Assembly (NCBI GenBank): GCA_963799485.1
Contig: CAWCXJ010000007.1
Location: forward strand, 96,001 to 160,000
Length of the DNA stretch: 64,000 nucleotides
From: an uncultured Trueperaceae bacterium
GTDB lineage: Bacteria; Deinococcota; Deinococci; Deinococcales; Trueperaceae
Direction: 5' to 3'
Shown here piece after piece: positions 29,087-39,561 of this stretch; the stretch's first letter is position 1; each line of letters starts with the position of its first letter. Position numbers and translations under genes: made by a program. The notes under the pieces were generated by a model. The model ran no database searches, had not been told where the DNA came from, and worked only from the letters and a program-made list of their open reading frames with translations.

Positions 29087-30250
29087 TCAGGTCAACAGGA
29101 GATCGTCGGGCTCGAGGGGAACACTCACACTTAGCGGGATACTCAAAAAAAAGGTGCTTCCCCGCCCGACCTTGGACTCGACCCAGATTTTGCCGCCGTG
29201 CTTTTCGACGGCGAGTTTGCAAAAGGTCAACCCCATCCCCGTGTCGAAACGTTCGTGCAGCGTGTGCTGCGACTGCTCGAACGCGTTGAAGATACGCTTT
29301 TGATCCTCTTCAGGGATGCCTTCGCCGTCGTCACGTACCGACAAGACGTAAGTTTGCTCATCTTTCCAGGCGCGAAAATCGATGTGTCCCCCCGAACGGG
29401 TGTGTTTAACCGCATTGGCGAACAAGTTGGCGAGAACGCGGCGCAGCAGCGCGCTGTCGGCGTAGATACTCTCCGCCTCGGGCCGCACGATAGACGACAC
29501 CTGCCGCTCTTTAACGGACAAGCTCACATCGCCGAGCGCGGTGCGCGCAAGGTCGCTCAGGCTGTCGATCCAGGTCGGGTAGTAGGGCATATTGCCCTCT
29601 TTCATCCGCCGAACATCCAAGATATTCGCTGCCAGATTGAGGAGGTGCTGGGCCTCGCCGTGCGCCAAGCCTAGCAGTTCACGCAGGCCGTATATGTCGG
29701 ACGACGCCTTGGTGATGTCGAGCGAGTGCTCCAAAAGCCCCATTACACTCGCAATCGGGCTTTTAAGGTCGTGAACGAGCATGTGGGTGAGGTCTTCTTT
29801 GACCCGTTCGGATTCCCGGTGTGCTTGCTCGAGCTGCCGCAACCGCGAAAGTGTCTCCCGCAGACCTGCGTCCGCACGTTCACGCTCCAAAGTCTTGGCG
29901 AGATAGCGCGTGACGAGTTGCGGGGCTGTCGCGTCACCCAGGTAAAAATCCGCACCCGAGTCGAGCGCCGCCAGGTGACGCGCCAGGTCGTCCGGGCCGA
30001 AACAGACGATCTGGGTGTGGGCCAGATGTTTGCGGCGGCGCAGCAGCGCGATGAGGTCGAGCTGCGACACGCTGCTAACGACCGCGTCGTCGAGCAAGAT
30101 AACAAGCGGCGCGTGAACCCTGGTCTGGTAGAGCAGGGCTTCAGCCGAGTCGACCGGCGTCAGCGGTACGCCGAGTGCGGCAACGGCCTCGGAGAAACGT
30201 TCACGGTGGTGGGGGGGAGCTGCCCAGAGGAGGTGAGTGGCGGTGAGCAT
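29087..30250 (-). CDS. Cytoplasmic histidine kinase with a degenerate N-terminal receiver-like domain
   Basis: H-box HDLKSP, N-box NAVKH, DDGEG and GMGLTFCK. Confidence 0.9.
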   Translation of the reverse strand: MLTATHLLWAAPPHHRERFSEAVAALGVPLTPVDSAEALLYQTRVHAPLVILLDDAVVSSVSQLDLIALLRRRKHLAHTQIVCFGPDDLARHLAALDSGADFYLGDATAPQLVTRYLAKTLERERADAGLRETLSRLRQLEQAHRESERVKEDLTHMLVHDLKSPIASVMGLLEHSLDITKASSDIYGLRELLGLAHGEAQHLLNLAANILDVRRMKEGNMPYYPTWIDSLSDLARTALGDVSLSVKERQVSSIVRPEAESIYADSALLRRVLANLFANAVKHTRSGGHIDFRAWKDEQTYVLSVRDDGEGIPEEDQKRIFNAFEQSQHTLHERFDTGMGLTFCKLAVEKHGGKIWVESKVGRGSTFFLSIPLSVSVPLEPDDLLLT

Positions 30251-30339
30251 GCCTCCGCAGTGTAGCAAGTGCAGGCGTACCTTTAGCCTTGAAGTGAAAG
30301 ATTTAACGCATACGCATAGGGCAAAACTTCGGCTGGTGG

Positions 30340-30900
30340 ACCGTGTGCGTCTACCCTACGGGCAGGCCCTGGCTCTCGCCCTCCTCCAAATCGCTCCCCC
30401 GGACAACCGTCCAGCGGGTGTCGCTGGCAAACACCCGGCGGCACGCCTCTACCTGGTCGTCTAAGTCTGCAAAACGAGCCGTGCGTGCAAGCCAGCCGAA
30501 GACCTTGACGAACGCCCTGAGCTGCCTCGAATACACGTCGTGCCCGTCGCGCGTGATGTGCCAACCGCAAGAGAACACGAGCCGCGCCCCCGGACGTGCG
30601 TAGTCGAGCACAGCCTGCGCGGTTCCGGTCGCGTACTGCCGGGTACCCCACGGCACCAGCACCGTAAGCACCGCGTCGCAGCCTGCAACCGCTTCTTTAA
30701 TAACCTTCACGGTCGTTCGTGTCTCCCGGAACGACGCGGATACGCCCCTTAAAGCGCGCCAGCTTCCCCGCACTCCGCTCACGGCACACACCGACCACCT
30801 CGTAGCCGCGCTCGAGTGCGTGCTGCACCATGTACTGTCCGAGTTTGCCCGAAGCGCCGATGATGCACACCTTTAGCGGCTGTGCCGTTGGGTCGGGGCC
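30340..30900 (-). pseudogene. NAD(P)H-binding oxidoreductase pseudogene (flavin reductase/NmrA-like)
   Basis: KVCIIGASGKLGQYMVQHALERGYEV…, then a 1-nt frameshift near 30705, then …WTVVRGSDL and an early stop at 30351. Confidence 0.8.
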
Positions 30901-31031
30901 AGGGTCGACGAAGCGACGGGATACGCTCGAGTCTCTTAATTTCCGTACAGTCTCCTTACATTGCGGTGCATTACGCTAGGGTGCAACCGACCGAACCGGC
31001 TGCTCAAAACCTGCTGTCCAGCTTCCGCAAC

Positions 31032-31044
31032 CTTACAGTGTAAG
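31032..31044. promoter_or_regulatory. Probable TetR operator
   Basis: Palindrome CTTACA-G-TGTAAG between the divergent tetR and oxidoreductase genes. A weaker copy, CTTACATTGCGG, lies at about 30955. Confidence 0.7.
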
Positions 31045-31104
31045 ATTGTCAAGAAGCTGCAACGACCCCTGCATCTTCACTTCTTAAGCGTCCGGAGGCT
31101 GACT

Positions 31105-31773
31105 ATGACGACAAGACCCAACGCACACACCGAGCCTCGAGCCCCCCTCACTAAAGATCGAGTCCTGCGCGCCGCTGTCCTGCATGCCGACGACGAGGGC
31201 GTCGCGTCCTTGAGTATGCGTAAACTCGCTGAGAAGCTGGGGATTAAGGCGATGTCTTTGTACCACCACGTAGCAAACAAGGACGAGGTTTTAGACGGCA
31301 TGGTCGATCTCGTTTTTAGTGAAATCGAACTACCCGCGGGCGAAACCGACTGGAAAACGGCGATGCGACAGCGTGCGTTCTCGGCCCGTGCCGCACTTTT
31401 GCGCCACCGCTGGGCCGTCGGGCTTTTAGATTCGCGGGCTAACCCCGGCCCGACGACACTTAAACACCACGACGCGGTTATCGGCAACCTGCGAGTAGCA
31501 GGCTTTTCCGTCGTTACGGCGGCTCACGCGTTCTCGGTTCTCGACAGCTATATCTACGGCTTTACGTTGCAAGAGTCGAGCTTGCCGTTCGAGACCCCGG
31601 AGGAACTCGGGGAGGTCGCCGCAAGCATCCTCGAGCAGGCTGCTGCCGAATATCCGCACCTCACCGAGCTGACCGCCAAGCACGTCCTCAAGCCCGGTTA
31701 CGCTTACGGCGACGAGTTCGCGTTTGGCCTCGAGCTGATTTTAGACGGGCTCGAGCGGGTTCGCGGCGAGTAA
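31105..31773 (+). CDS. TetR-family regulator (TetR_C type)
   Basis: [24 protein letters not shown] and [21 protein letters not shown] before ATG 31105. Confidence 0.93.
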   Translation: MTTRPNAHTEPRAPLTKDRVLRAAVLHADDEGVASLSMRKLAEKLGIKAMSLYHHVANKDEVLDGMVDLVFSEIELPAGETDWKTAMRQRAFSARAALLRHRWAVGLLDSRANPGPTTLKHHDAVIGNLRVAGFSVVTAAHAFSVLDSYIYGFTLQESSLPFETPEELGEVAASILEQAAAEYPHLTELTAKHVLKPGYAYGDEFAFGLELILDGLERVRGE

Positions 31774-32074
31774 GCATGACGCAATTTTGTTTGAAAAACA
31801 GCGTTTGGTTCTGCAAGGCTTGGGGTTCAAGCGCTGTACACCGTAAACCCTATTTCTCATAATTACTTCGCGCCGCTTTTAACATTTTTCAACACCCGTA
31901 AAGCTGTGCTTGCGCGTTTGTGTTAGGTCGTGCTACGCTCTCTCTAACGATTTAACCGCGAGACGGTTACCGACTGTCTGTGAATTATTCGGTGAACTAG
32001 AGGGGTGCAGGCTTGTTCTTAGCGCTTCAGCTGTTGGTCATGAACGTGGGCTCGAGTCGTGCGCCAGGTCACCT

Positions 32075-33592
32075 GTGACGACGGCACCACTTCTAGAGCT
32101 GGTCGGCGTTCGCAAGAGCTTTGCCGGCGTACAGGCACTTCGGGGCGTCGATTTCGACGTTAGGCTCGGTGAAGTTCACGCACTCTTGGGTGAAAACGGC
32201 GCAGGCAAATCGACGCTCATCAAGACTATTGCAGGCGTTCATCAACCCGACGGCGGCGAGTTGCGTTTCGGCGGGCAGACCGTGCGCTTCAACACCCCGA
32301 GAGACGCGCAAAAGCTCGGTATCAATACGATCTATCAAGAACTGAGCCTCTACCCGGAACTCACGGTCGCCGAAAATATCTTTATGGGTCACGCGCCCTA
32401 CCGCCGTGTCGGGCCTTTTAAGGTGATGGACTGGGATACGATGTTTCGCCGCGCACGGGAGCTGTTAGCTGAACTGGACGTGTACACGCTCGATGTGCGC
32501 GGCAAGGTCGGGGCCCTTAGCATCGGCAACCGGCAGCGTGTCGAGATTGCCAAGGCGCTTTCACTTAATGCCAAGCTGCTGATTATGGACGAACCCACCG
32601 CCGCCTTAGGCGAAACGGACACCCTGCACCTCTTCCGGACGGTTCGTTTGCTCCGCGACCGGGGGGTCGGCATTATCTATATTTCACACAAACTCAGCGA
32701 AGTGTTCGAGCTTGCCGACCGTGTGAGCGTCTTGCGCGACGGGCAGTACATCGGTACTAAAGACGTGGCTGATACGAGTGAACGTGACCTCATCGGCATG
32801 ATGGTCGGGCGCGACGTCGGGACGCTCTTTCCCAAACAAGACAGCAAGGTGGGCGAGGTGGTGCTCGAGCTTCGTCACGTCAGCCGCGCCCCGCACACCC
32901 ACGACGTTTCGTTCACGCTCCGGGCCGGTGAAATCGTCGGCTTGGCCGGACTCGTCGGCTCGGGCCGCTCTGAAACCGCGCAGGCTGTGTTCGGGACGCT
33001 GCCGGCGCACAGCGGCGAGATTTTGGTCGCGGGTCAGCCTGTAACCATCCGCGCGCCCGCGCAGGCGGTCGCCCACGGCGTCGCCTACGTGCCTGAAGAC
33101 CGGGGCACGCAAGGGCTCATTAAAGAGATGACGCTCCGTGAAAACACCACGCTGGCTGTTCTTAAACACGTCGCAAAAGGCGGCTTTATCGACACCGGAC
33201 GGGAACGGCGTATGGCGCAGGACGCCATCAAACAGTTCGGCATTCGCGCCTACGGCCCCGAACAGCTCGTCGGGACGCTCTCGGGCGGCAATCAGCAAAA
33301 GGTCGTCGTCGGCAAGTGGCTGGCGAGCAACCCTAAAGTTTTGATTATCGACGAACCGACGCGCGGGGTTGACGTCGGGGCCAAGGCCGAGATTCACCGG
33401 CTCATCGGGCAGCTTGCAGCCGAACAGGGATTGGCTATTTTGATGATTTCTTCCGAGCTGCCGGAGATTTTAGGGATGAGCGACCGGGTTTTAGTGATGC
33501 GTGAAGGCCGGCTTGTAGCTGAATTTTCTCGTGCCGAAGCGACGCCTGAAAAGCTTGGCGCGGCGATGATGAGCGAAGAGGTGGCGGCGTGA
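32075..33592 (+). CDS. Monosaccharide ABC ATPase (CUT2; RbsA/RhaT/LsrA-like)
   Basis: GENGAGKST, two nucleotide-binding domains, LSGGNQQKV and DEPTRGVDVGAK. Start placed at GTG 32075. Confidence 0.93.
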   Translation: MTTAPLLELVGVRKSFAGVQALRGVDFDVRLGEVHALLGENGAGKSTLIKTIAGVHQPDGGELRFGGQTVRFNTPRDAQKLGINTIYQELSLYPELTVAENIFMGHAPYRRVGPFKVMDWDTMFRRARELLAELDVYTLDVRGKVGALSIGNRQRVEIAKALSLNAKLLIMDEPTAALGETDTLHLFRTVRLLRDRGVGIIYISHKLSEVFELADRVSVLRDGQYIGTKDVADTSERDLIGMMVGRDVGTLFPKQDSKVGEVVLELRHVSRAPHTHDVSFTLRAGEIVGLAGLVGSGRSETAQAVFGTLPAHSGEILVAGQPVTIRAPAQAVAHGVAYVPEDRGTQGLIKEMTLRENTTLAVLKHVAKGGFIDTGRERRMAQDAIKQFGIRAYGPEQLVGTLSGGNQQKVVVGKWLASNPKVLIIDEPTRGVDVGAKAEIHRLIGQLAAEQGLAILMISSELPEILGMSDRVLVMREGRLVAEFSRAEATPEKLGAAMMSEEVAA

Positions 33593-34980
33593 GCCCTGAT
33601 ACGAACGCACTTCGTTCACCGCTGGCGTGGTTGCCTATGCTACTCGGCGCAGCGCTTTTGGTTTCATATGTTTTCCTGCCTTTCGTTATCCAGCCGGAAC
33701 TTGGCCCCAGCACCTTTCCGGCGGTCAACACCTCGAGAGACGCCAACGAATTTGGCCTCGAGACCAGTGGCGCGCAGCTTATCCTCTTCGCTGCCGGAAT
33801 TGCGCTGCTCGCCGGGGTCTGGGGTCTGACGAACAAACAGTTCAGCCGGGCAGTTTCCGCCGTCACCGCGCTCGGCGGCGTTTTGGTCTTGGAATACTAC
33901 GCCGTCTTTTTTCTCTCGTACCGGGGCGATGAGGGCACCTATCTAAACGCGCTGGGACTGAGTTTCTGGCTGATGCTGGGGCTGGGTGTTGTCATGGTTT
34001 TACAACTCGCGCTGCCCCGTCCCGTTGCGCCCCCCGAATACCGCCTGAACCGCCTGTTAGCCAATCAAGAGAGCGTCATCGTCGTGGCTCTGCTTATCCT
34101 TTTTGTCACCATCGGTCTCAACAACCCACGCTTTCTAGCCGAACGCAACCTGCTCGACATCTTGCAGGGCAACGCCTACATTGCCGTCGCCGCCATCGGT
34201 ATGTCGATGGTCATTATCACCGGCAACATCGACATCTCGGTGGGGTCTTTAATTGGCTTGCTGGCAATTATCAGCGGGCGTCTGGTCGTCAACGATGTAC
34301 CCGTCATCATCGCGTGGCTCGTCCCGCTCCTTGTCGGCGGCGGCGTTGGAGCGGTAATTGGGCTCCTCGTCGCTTACTTGCGAATTCCCTCGATTGTCGT
34401 CACGCTCGGGATGCTCAGTATCCTTAAAGGCATTCTGATTATCTGGACGAGCGGCGAGCGCATCACCGGGATGCCGGCGGCGTTTTATCTCGCGCAGGCG
34501 CGGCCCCTCGGGATACCGATGCCGGTCGTTTTCATGATTGTGCTAACGCTGCTAGCGGCGCTCTGGCTCCGTTACAGCGGCCTCGGGCGAGCGTTTTACG
34601 CGCTCGGCGGCAACGCAGAGGCGGCGCGGCTCTCGGGCTTTTCGCAGACGCGGCTGGTGATGCAAGTTTTTATTCTAAACGGCGTCTTTGCGGGCGTCGC
34701 CGCCGTGCTTTACGCCACGCAGCTCAACGTCATTCAGCCGACGCCGCCGCCCGGTTTGGAGCTGTTCGTCATCACTGCCGCCGTCGTCGGTGGGGTCAGC
34801 ATTTTGGGTGGTAAAGGCACCGTTATCGGCGCGATGCTGGCGGCAATTTTGCTTAATACGATTCGCTCGGGAATGATTTTCGTCAACGTTTCACCCTTTT
34901 GGATTCAGGCGGTGCAGGGTGTGCTGATCCTCGTTACGGTGCTGCTCGACCTCTTGAGACGCCGGAGGCAACTCCTGTGA
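33589..34980 (+). CDS. CUT2 ABC permease with an extra N-terminal multi-TM domain
   Basis: GNIDISVGS and GGNAEAARLSG. About 150 extra N-terminal residues with four hydrophobic segments. Confidence 0.88.
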   Translation: MSPDTNALRSPLAWLPMLLGAALLVSYVFLPFVIQPELGPSTFPAVNTSRDANEFGLETSGAQLILFAAGIALLAGVWGLTNKQFSRAVSAVTALGGVLVLEYYAVFFLSYRGDEGTYLNALGLSFWLMLGLGVVMVLQLALPRPVAPPEYRLNRLLANQESVIVVALLILFVTIGLNNPRFLAERNLLDILQGNAYIAVAAIGMSMVIITGNIDISVGSLIGLLAIISGRLVVNDVPVIIAWLVPLLVGGGVGAVIGLLVAYLRIPSIVVTLGMLSILKGILIIWTSGERITGMPAAFYLAQARPLGIPMPVVFMIVLTLLAALWLRYSGLGRAFYALGGNAEAARLSGFSQTRLVMQVFILNGVFAGVAAVLYATQLNVIQPTPPPGLELFVITAAVVGGVSILGGKGTVIGAMLAAILLNTIRSGMIFVNVSPFWIQAVQGVLILVTVLLDLLRRRRQLL

Positions 34981-35957
34981 CACACAACACGCCTGGCCTG
35001 GCGCAACGCGTGCGTAACGTCGTCTTGAGCCAAGAGGGTATCTTGTTCGTTATCTTAGCTGTCGTCATCGCAGTGCTGGCGGGGCGGAGCGAAGTGTTTT
35101 TTACCCCGCGCAACCTCATCAATCAGGGCCGGTTGATGAGCGAGGTCGGGCTCGTCGCGCTGCCGATGACCTTTATCATCGTCACGGGCGGTATCGACCT
35201 CTCGGTCGGCTCGATTTTGGGACTTTGCGCGATTCTGCTCGGGGTGCTCTGGCAAGGCCTCGGCATTCCGCTTGGGATTGTGCTGATTCTGGTGCTCGTC
35301 GTCGGCATTTTGGCCGGAATGTTTAACGCGGCCTTTATCGTCCGGGTCGGGGTGCCGCCGCTCATCATGACGCTGGCGACCTTGGCGCTCTACCGGGGCT
35401 TGGCGCAGGGTATCAGTCGGGCTAGAAGCGTCACGGGCTACCCGGAGTGGTTTTTCTGGTTCGGTCAGGGAACGGTTGCCGGTCTGCCCGTGCAGCTCTG
35501 GGCGTTTATCCTCATGGCGCTTATTTCGGCGGTAGTGCTGCGGCGTACGACGCTCGGGCGCTCGCTTTACGCGCTCGGCAATAATCCGGTCGGTGCGCGT
35601 TTTTCGGGGCTGCCGGTGGGCCGTAATCTGCTCATCATCTACGCGTTTTCCGGCTTGATGGCGGCATTTGCGGCGATAATTTTTGTCTCGAGAGTCACCA
35701 CTACCCGCAGCGATATGGGTACCGGGCTCGAGCTGGACGCCATCGCCGCCGTGGTGTTGGGGGGCACCAGCATTTTCGGCGGTAAAGGCAGCGTCTTCGG
35801 CACCATTTTGGGCCTCGTGTTGATTCAGCTCCTGAAAAACGGTCTCGCCCTGACCGGCGTCACGAGCGACGCCACGATTATCGTCATCGGCAGCACCCTG
35901 ATTCTCGCTATTTTGGTCAACAACTTGATTCAGCGTCTTAGGGGGGGAGCTATGTAA
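34977..35957 (+). CDS. CUT2 ABC permease (RhaQ/LsrD-like)
   Basis: GGIDLSVGS and ELDAIAAVVLGGTSIFGG. Start overlaps the previous stop (GTGA). Confidence 0.9.
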   Translation: MTHNTPGLAQRVRNVVLSQEGILFVILAVVIAVLAGRSEVFFTPRNLINQGRLMSEVGLVALPMTFIIVTGGIDLSVGSILGLCAILLGVLWQGLGIPLGIVLILVLVVGILAGMFNAAFIVRVGVPPLIMTLATLALYRGLAQGISRARSVTGYPEWFFWFGQGTVAGLPVQLWAFILMALISAVVLRRTTLGRSLYALGNNPVGARFSGLPVGRNLLIIYAFSGLMAAFAAIIFVSRVTTTRSDMGTGLELDAIAAVVLGGTSIFGGKGSVFGTILGLVLIQLLKNGLALTGVTSDATIIVIGSTLILAILVNNLIQRLRGGAM

Positions 35958-36011
35958 AACGTGGACAGCAGACTCGAGCCCGTAGCCAAACACATCTCGA
36001 ACGGAGGATTT

Positions 36012-37133
36012 ATGAACACCGCAATCGCCGTAAAACTCACCGCACTCCTCGCCACCGCGTCCCTTTTGGGCGTCGGGGTGGCCCAAAGCTCGTGGGACGG
36101 CGGCGACGACCTGCCGACGAGCCCGCTTCCGTGCGGCAGCGAAGCCGCGCCCACACCCGCCGCACAACCCTACGACGGCGGCACGGCGAGCGGCGCACCC
36201 GACTTGGCCGGACAACCGCTCAACTTCGTCGATGTACCCAAACTCGTCGGTATCGGCTACTTCAACGCGACCTCGCAAGGCATCCAGGAGGCCGCCGAAG
36301 AACTCGGCACCATGACCGGCAGAACCGACGGCCCCACCGAAGCCAACATCGACGACCAGATCGCGGTGCTTGAGAATTACATCTCGAGCGGCAACATTCA
36401 GGGTATCTTGTTCGCTGCCAACGACCCCGTAGCGATTTCACCGGTGCTGAAACGGGCCTTGGCGCAGGGCATCCACGTCGTCGGCTACGACGCCAACAGC
36501 CAGCCCGACGCGCGCGAGTGGTTTGTCAACCAGGCCGAGTTTAACGGCATCGCCAAGGCGATGATCGACAACATGGCCGCCGAAAAAGGCGAAGCCGCGC
36601 AGTTCGGCATCGTCACCAGCACCTTTACGACGCCGAACCAGGCGCGCTGGATTGCCGAGATGCAGGCGTACCAGGAATCGTGCTTTCCCGAAATGCAGTG
36701 GTTGGAGACCTTGGAGGCCCAAGAGGACGCCGTGCAGTCGTTTAATCAGGCGAACACCTTGATCAACAAATACGGCAACGACTTGGACGGGATTTTCGGC
36801 ATGACGAGCGTGGCGACACCTTCGTCGGCGGACGCGGTGACGCAGGCCGGACTCTGCGGTGAGGTCGCGGTTATCGGGCTCGCTACGCCCAACGATATGA
36901 AACCCTATGTAGACGCGGATTGCGTCAAGTCGGTGGTGCTGTGGAACCCCATCGACCTCGGTTACGCCGCCGCCTATGTGCTGCGGGCCGTTGCCGACGG
37001 GACGTTGACGCCCGACTCGACGACGGTTTCCGCCGGACGTTTGGGCGACCTGCAAATCATCAACGGCTCGGAAATCCTGCTCGGCGCACCGTTTGTCTTT
37101 ACGAGCGAGAACATAGGCGACTTCGACTTTTAG
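36012..37133 (+). CDS. CUT2 substrate-binding protein (RhaS/LsrB-like)
   Basis: Signal peptide, VPKLVGIGYFNA, NQARWI and LWNPIDLGY. GGAGG RBS. Confidence 0.88.
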   Translation: MNTAIAVKLTALLATASLLGVGVAQSSWDGGDDLPTSPLPCGSEAAPTPAAQPYDGGTASGAPDLAGQPLNFVDVPKLVGIGYFNATSQGIQEAAEELGTMTGRTDGPTEANIDDQIAVLENYISSGNIQGILFAANDPVAISPVLKRALAQGIHVVGYDANSQPDAREWFVNQAEFNGIAKAMIDNMAAEKGEAAQFGIVTSTFTTPNQARWIAEMQAYQESCFPEMQWLETLEAQEDAVQSFNQANTLINKYGNDLDGIFGMTSVATPSSADAVTQAGLCGEVAVIGLATPNDMKPYVDADCVKSVVLWNPIDLGYAAAYVLRAVADGTLTPDSTTVSAGRLGDLQIINGSEILLGAPFVFTSENIGDFDF

Positions 37134-37161
37134 TTTGCGGTAATCCGAACGTCGGCAAAAA

Positions 37162-37188
37162 CACCCGTAGCGCCCAACGCTACGGGTG
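37162..37188 (+). other. Intercistronic hairpin after the binding-protein gene
   Basis: Perfect 11-bp stem CACCCGTAGCG-cccaa-CGCTACGGGTG. Confidence 0.6.
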
Positions 37189-37220
37189 CATCTTTAGACA
37201 TATTTATAGTTGAGGTCACG

Positions 37221-37988
37221 ATGACACAAACGCTTCAAGACAACGAGCTTCAGCAAGAACTCGTCGGGCTCGCCCGCACCCTCGGCGACCCGGCGCGGGC
37301 TCTCGCTATTTTAGGCGAAGGCAACGTGAGCGCACGGGCGGATGAAAGGACGTTTTGGGTCAAGGCGTCGGGCAGCAGTTTGGGGACGCTGGGGCCTACC
37401 GACCTGAGCCGCGTTCACTTTGAGGCGGTTTTGGAGGTTTTAGACCGGGACACGCTGAGTGAACTCGAGGTCGAAGCGGTTCTCGTTGCCGCGCAAACCG
37501 ACCCGGCGCACAAAAAGCCGTCGGTCGAGACGTTTTTACACGCGCTCTGCCTAAAGAGCGGCGCAACCTGGGTCGCGCACACACACGCGGCAGCCGTCAA
37601 CCGGATTTTATGCAGCACGCTCGGCGCGGAGCCGTTTAAGCAGCATATCTTCCCCGACGCCGTGGTCGTTTGCGGCGTTACCCCGGCAGTCGTTCCGTAT
37701 GTCGACCCCGGTTTCGGCCTCGCCAAAGCGGTACAAGCCGAACTCGCACGCTACCTGGAGGTTTACGGGACGCTACCCAAACTTTTGCTGATGGAAAATC
37801 ACGGTCTGGTCGCGCTCGGCAGCAGCGCCCGCGAGGTTTTGAATATCACGCTGATGGCGGACAAGTGGGCGCGGACGCTCGCAGGAACCTACGCGCTCGG
37901 CGGGCCGCGCTTTTTGCCCGAAAGAGAGGTCGAACGTATCGATACCCGCCTGGACGAAGACTACCGCCGGAAACGGCTGGTCGAATAG
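37221..37988 (+). CDS. Class II aldolase/adducin-family protein
   Basis: [26 protein letters not shown] and ENHG. Confidence 0.88.
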   Translation: MTQTLQDNELQQELVGLARTLGDPARALAILGEGNVSARADERTFWVKASGSSLGTLGPTDLSRVHFEAVLEVLDRDTLSELEVEAVLVAAQTDPAHKKPSVETFLHALCLKSGATWVAHTHAAAVNRILCSTLGAEPFKQHIFPDAVVVCGVTPAVVPYVDPGFGLAKAVQAELARYLEVYGTLPKLLLMENHGLVALGSSAREVLNITLMADKWARTLAGTYALGGPRFLPEREVERIDTRLDEDYRRKRLVE

Positions 37989-38000
37989 AATGGTGGGCTA

Positions 38001-39476
38001 GTGGATAAAGCAAACTTTTTAGCGGTGGATTTGGGAGCCTCGAGCGGGCGCGTTTTGCTCGGGACGCTGACGGATGAGCGCTTCAAGCTGCGCGAACTGC
38101 GCCGCTTCGACAACGGCCCGGTGCGGCTCGGCAAGGTTTCGGGGACGAGTTTGTACTGGAATCCGCTCGAGCTCTGGAGTCAGCTTCAGGGAGCGCTCAG
38201 GGGTTATGCCAGAAACGTCGGCACCCCGCTAAAAGGCATCGGCGTCGATACCTGGGGCGTCGATTTCGCCCTCTTGGACGAGAGCGGCAACCTCCTCGGC
38301 AATCCGCACCACTACCGCGACGCGCGTACCGACGGGGTGATGGAACGGGTTTTCGAGCGCGTCCCCAAATCCGAGCTGTACCGCCGCACGGGGCTGCAGT
38401 TTATGCAGATCAACACGCTTTATCAGCTCTACAGCATGAAGGGGAGCGCGCAGCTGGCGGCGGCCCGGACGCTGTTAATGATGCCCGACTTGTTTCACTA
38501 CTGGCTTACCGGCGAGGCTTACGGCGAAACGACGGTTGCCTCGACCACTCAGCTGCTGGACGCGACCACCAGGCAGTGGGATACGGCGCTGCTCGAGACG
38601 TTGGGCCTGCCCGGTCACATTTTGCCGCCGCTCATCGCGCCGGGAACGGTGTTGGGGACGCTCCATCCGGGTGTCGCCAAAAGCGCGCATCTCTCCCCCG
38701 ACACGCCCGTTATCGTCCCCGCCACTCACGACACGGCGAGCGCCGTCGCTGCGATTTCGGGCGGCGGGATGTTCGTCAGCTCCGGGACGTGGAGCCTCGT
38801 TGGAACCGAGCTTGCCGAACCCGTCCTGACACCCGAGGCGCTGGCCCGCGACTTTACCAACGAAAGCGGTGTCGGCGGTACCGTCCGGCTGCTTAAAAAT
38901 CTCGCAGGGTTGTGGCTCTTGCAGGAGTGCCGCAGACAGTGGATTTCAGAAGGTTACGACTACACCTGGGAACAACTGCTGGCGCTGGGCGAGCGGGCCG
39001 AGGCATTTCGCAGTCTCATCGACCCCGGCGCGGAGACGTTTCTAAATCCGGAAAATATGCCGGAAGCTATCCGCAGGACTTGCCGCGACCACGGTGAACC
39101 CGAGCCCGAAGGTATCGGCGCGCTGGTTCGCTGCTGTCTGGAAAGTCTGGCGCTCAAATACCGGAGCGTGCTGGACGACCTCGAGGCCCTCACCGGCACC
39201 CCTATGGAGACCGTGCGGATTGTCGGCGGCGGCTCGCAAAATACGCTGTTGTGCCAGTACACCGCCAACGCCTGCCGCCGAAGGGTCGTCGCGGGCCCGG
39301 TCGAAGCCACGGCGCTCGGCAACCTGATGATGCAGGCGCTCGCCGGAGGGTTTTTGCCCGACCTGAACACCGGGCGGGCGGTGGTTGCGGTCTCGAGCCC
39401 GCAAGCGCACTTCGAGCCGCAAGACGGCGAAGCGTGGGAAGACGCCTACGGGCGTTTCCGTACACGCTTTTTATAG
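38001..39476 (+). CDS. rhaB: Rhamnulokinase-family FGGY kinase
   Basis: AVDLGASSGR, GVDTWGVDF, HDTASA, SSGTWSLVG, NLAGLWLLQEC and GPVEATALGN. Confidence 0.85.
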   Translation: MDKANFLAVDLGASSGRVLLGTLTDERFKLRELRRFDNGPVRLGKVSGTSLYWNPLELWSQLQGALRGYARNVGTPLKGIGVDTWGVDFALLDESGNLLGNPHHYRDARTDGVMERVFERVPKSELYRRTGLQFMQINTLYQLYSMKGSAQLAAARTLLMMPDLFHYWLTGEAYGETTVASTTQLLDATTRQWDTALLETLGLPGHILPPLIAPGTVLGTLHPGVAKSAHLSPDTPVIVPATHDTASAVAAISGGGMFVSSGTWSLVGTELAEPVLTPEALARDFTNESGVGGTVRLLKNLAGLWLLQECRRQWISEGYDYTWEQLLALGERAEAFRSLIDPGAETFLNPENMPEAIRRTCRDHGEPEPEGIGALVRCCLESLALKYRSVLDDLEALTGTPMETVRIVGGGSQNTLLCQYTANACRRRVVAGPVEATALGNLMMQALAGGFLPDLNTGRAVVAVSSPQAHFEPQDGEAWEDAYGRFRTRFL

Positions 39477-39561
39477 CGTTATGGTGCCGTAAAATGTCGA
39501 AAACTTGCCCCGGCCTTTTTGCACAACGCCGGGCGGGTTAAGCTGAACCTTTGATGGACGT

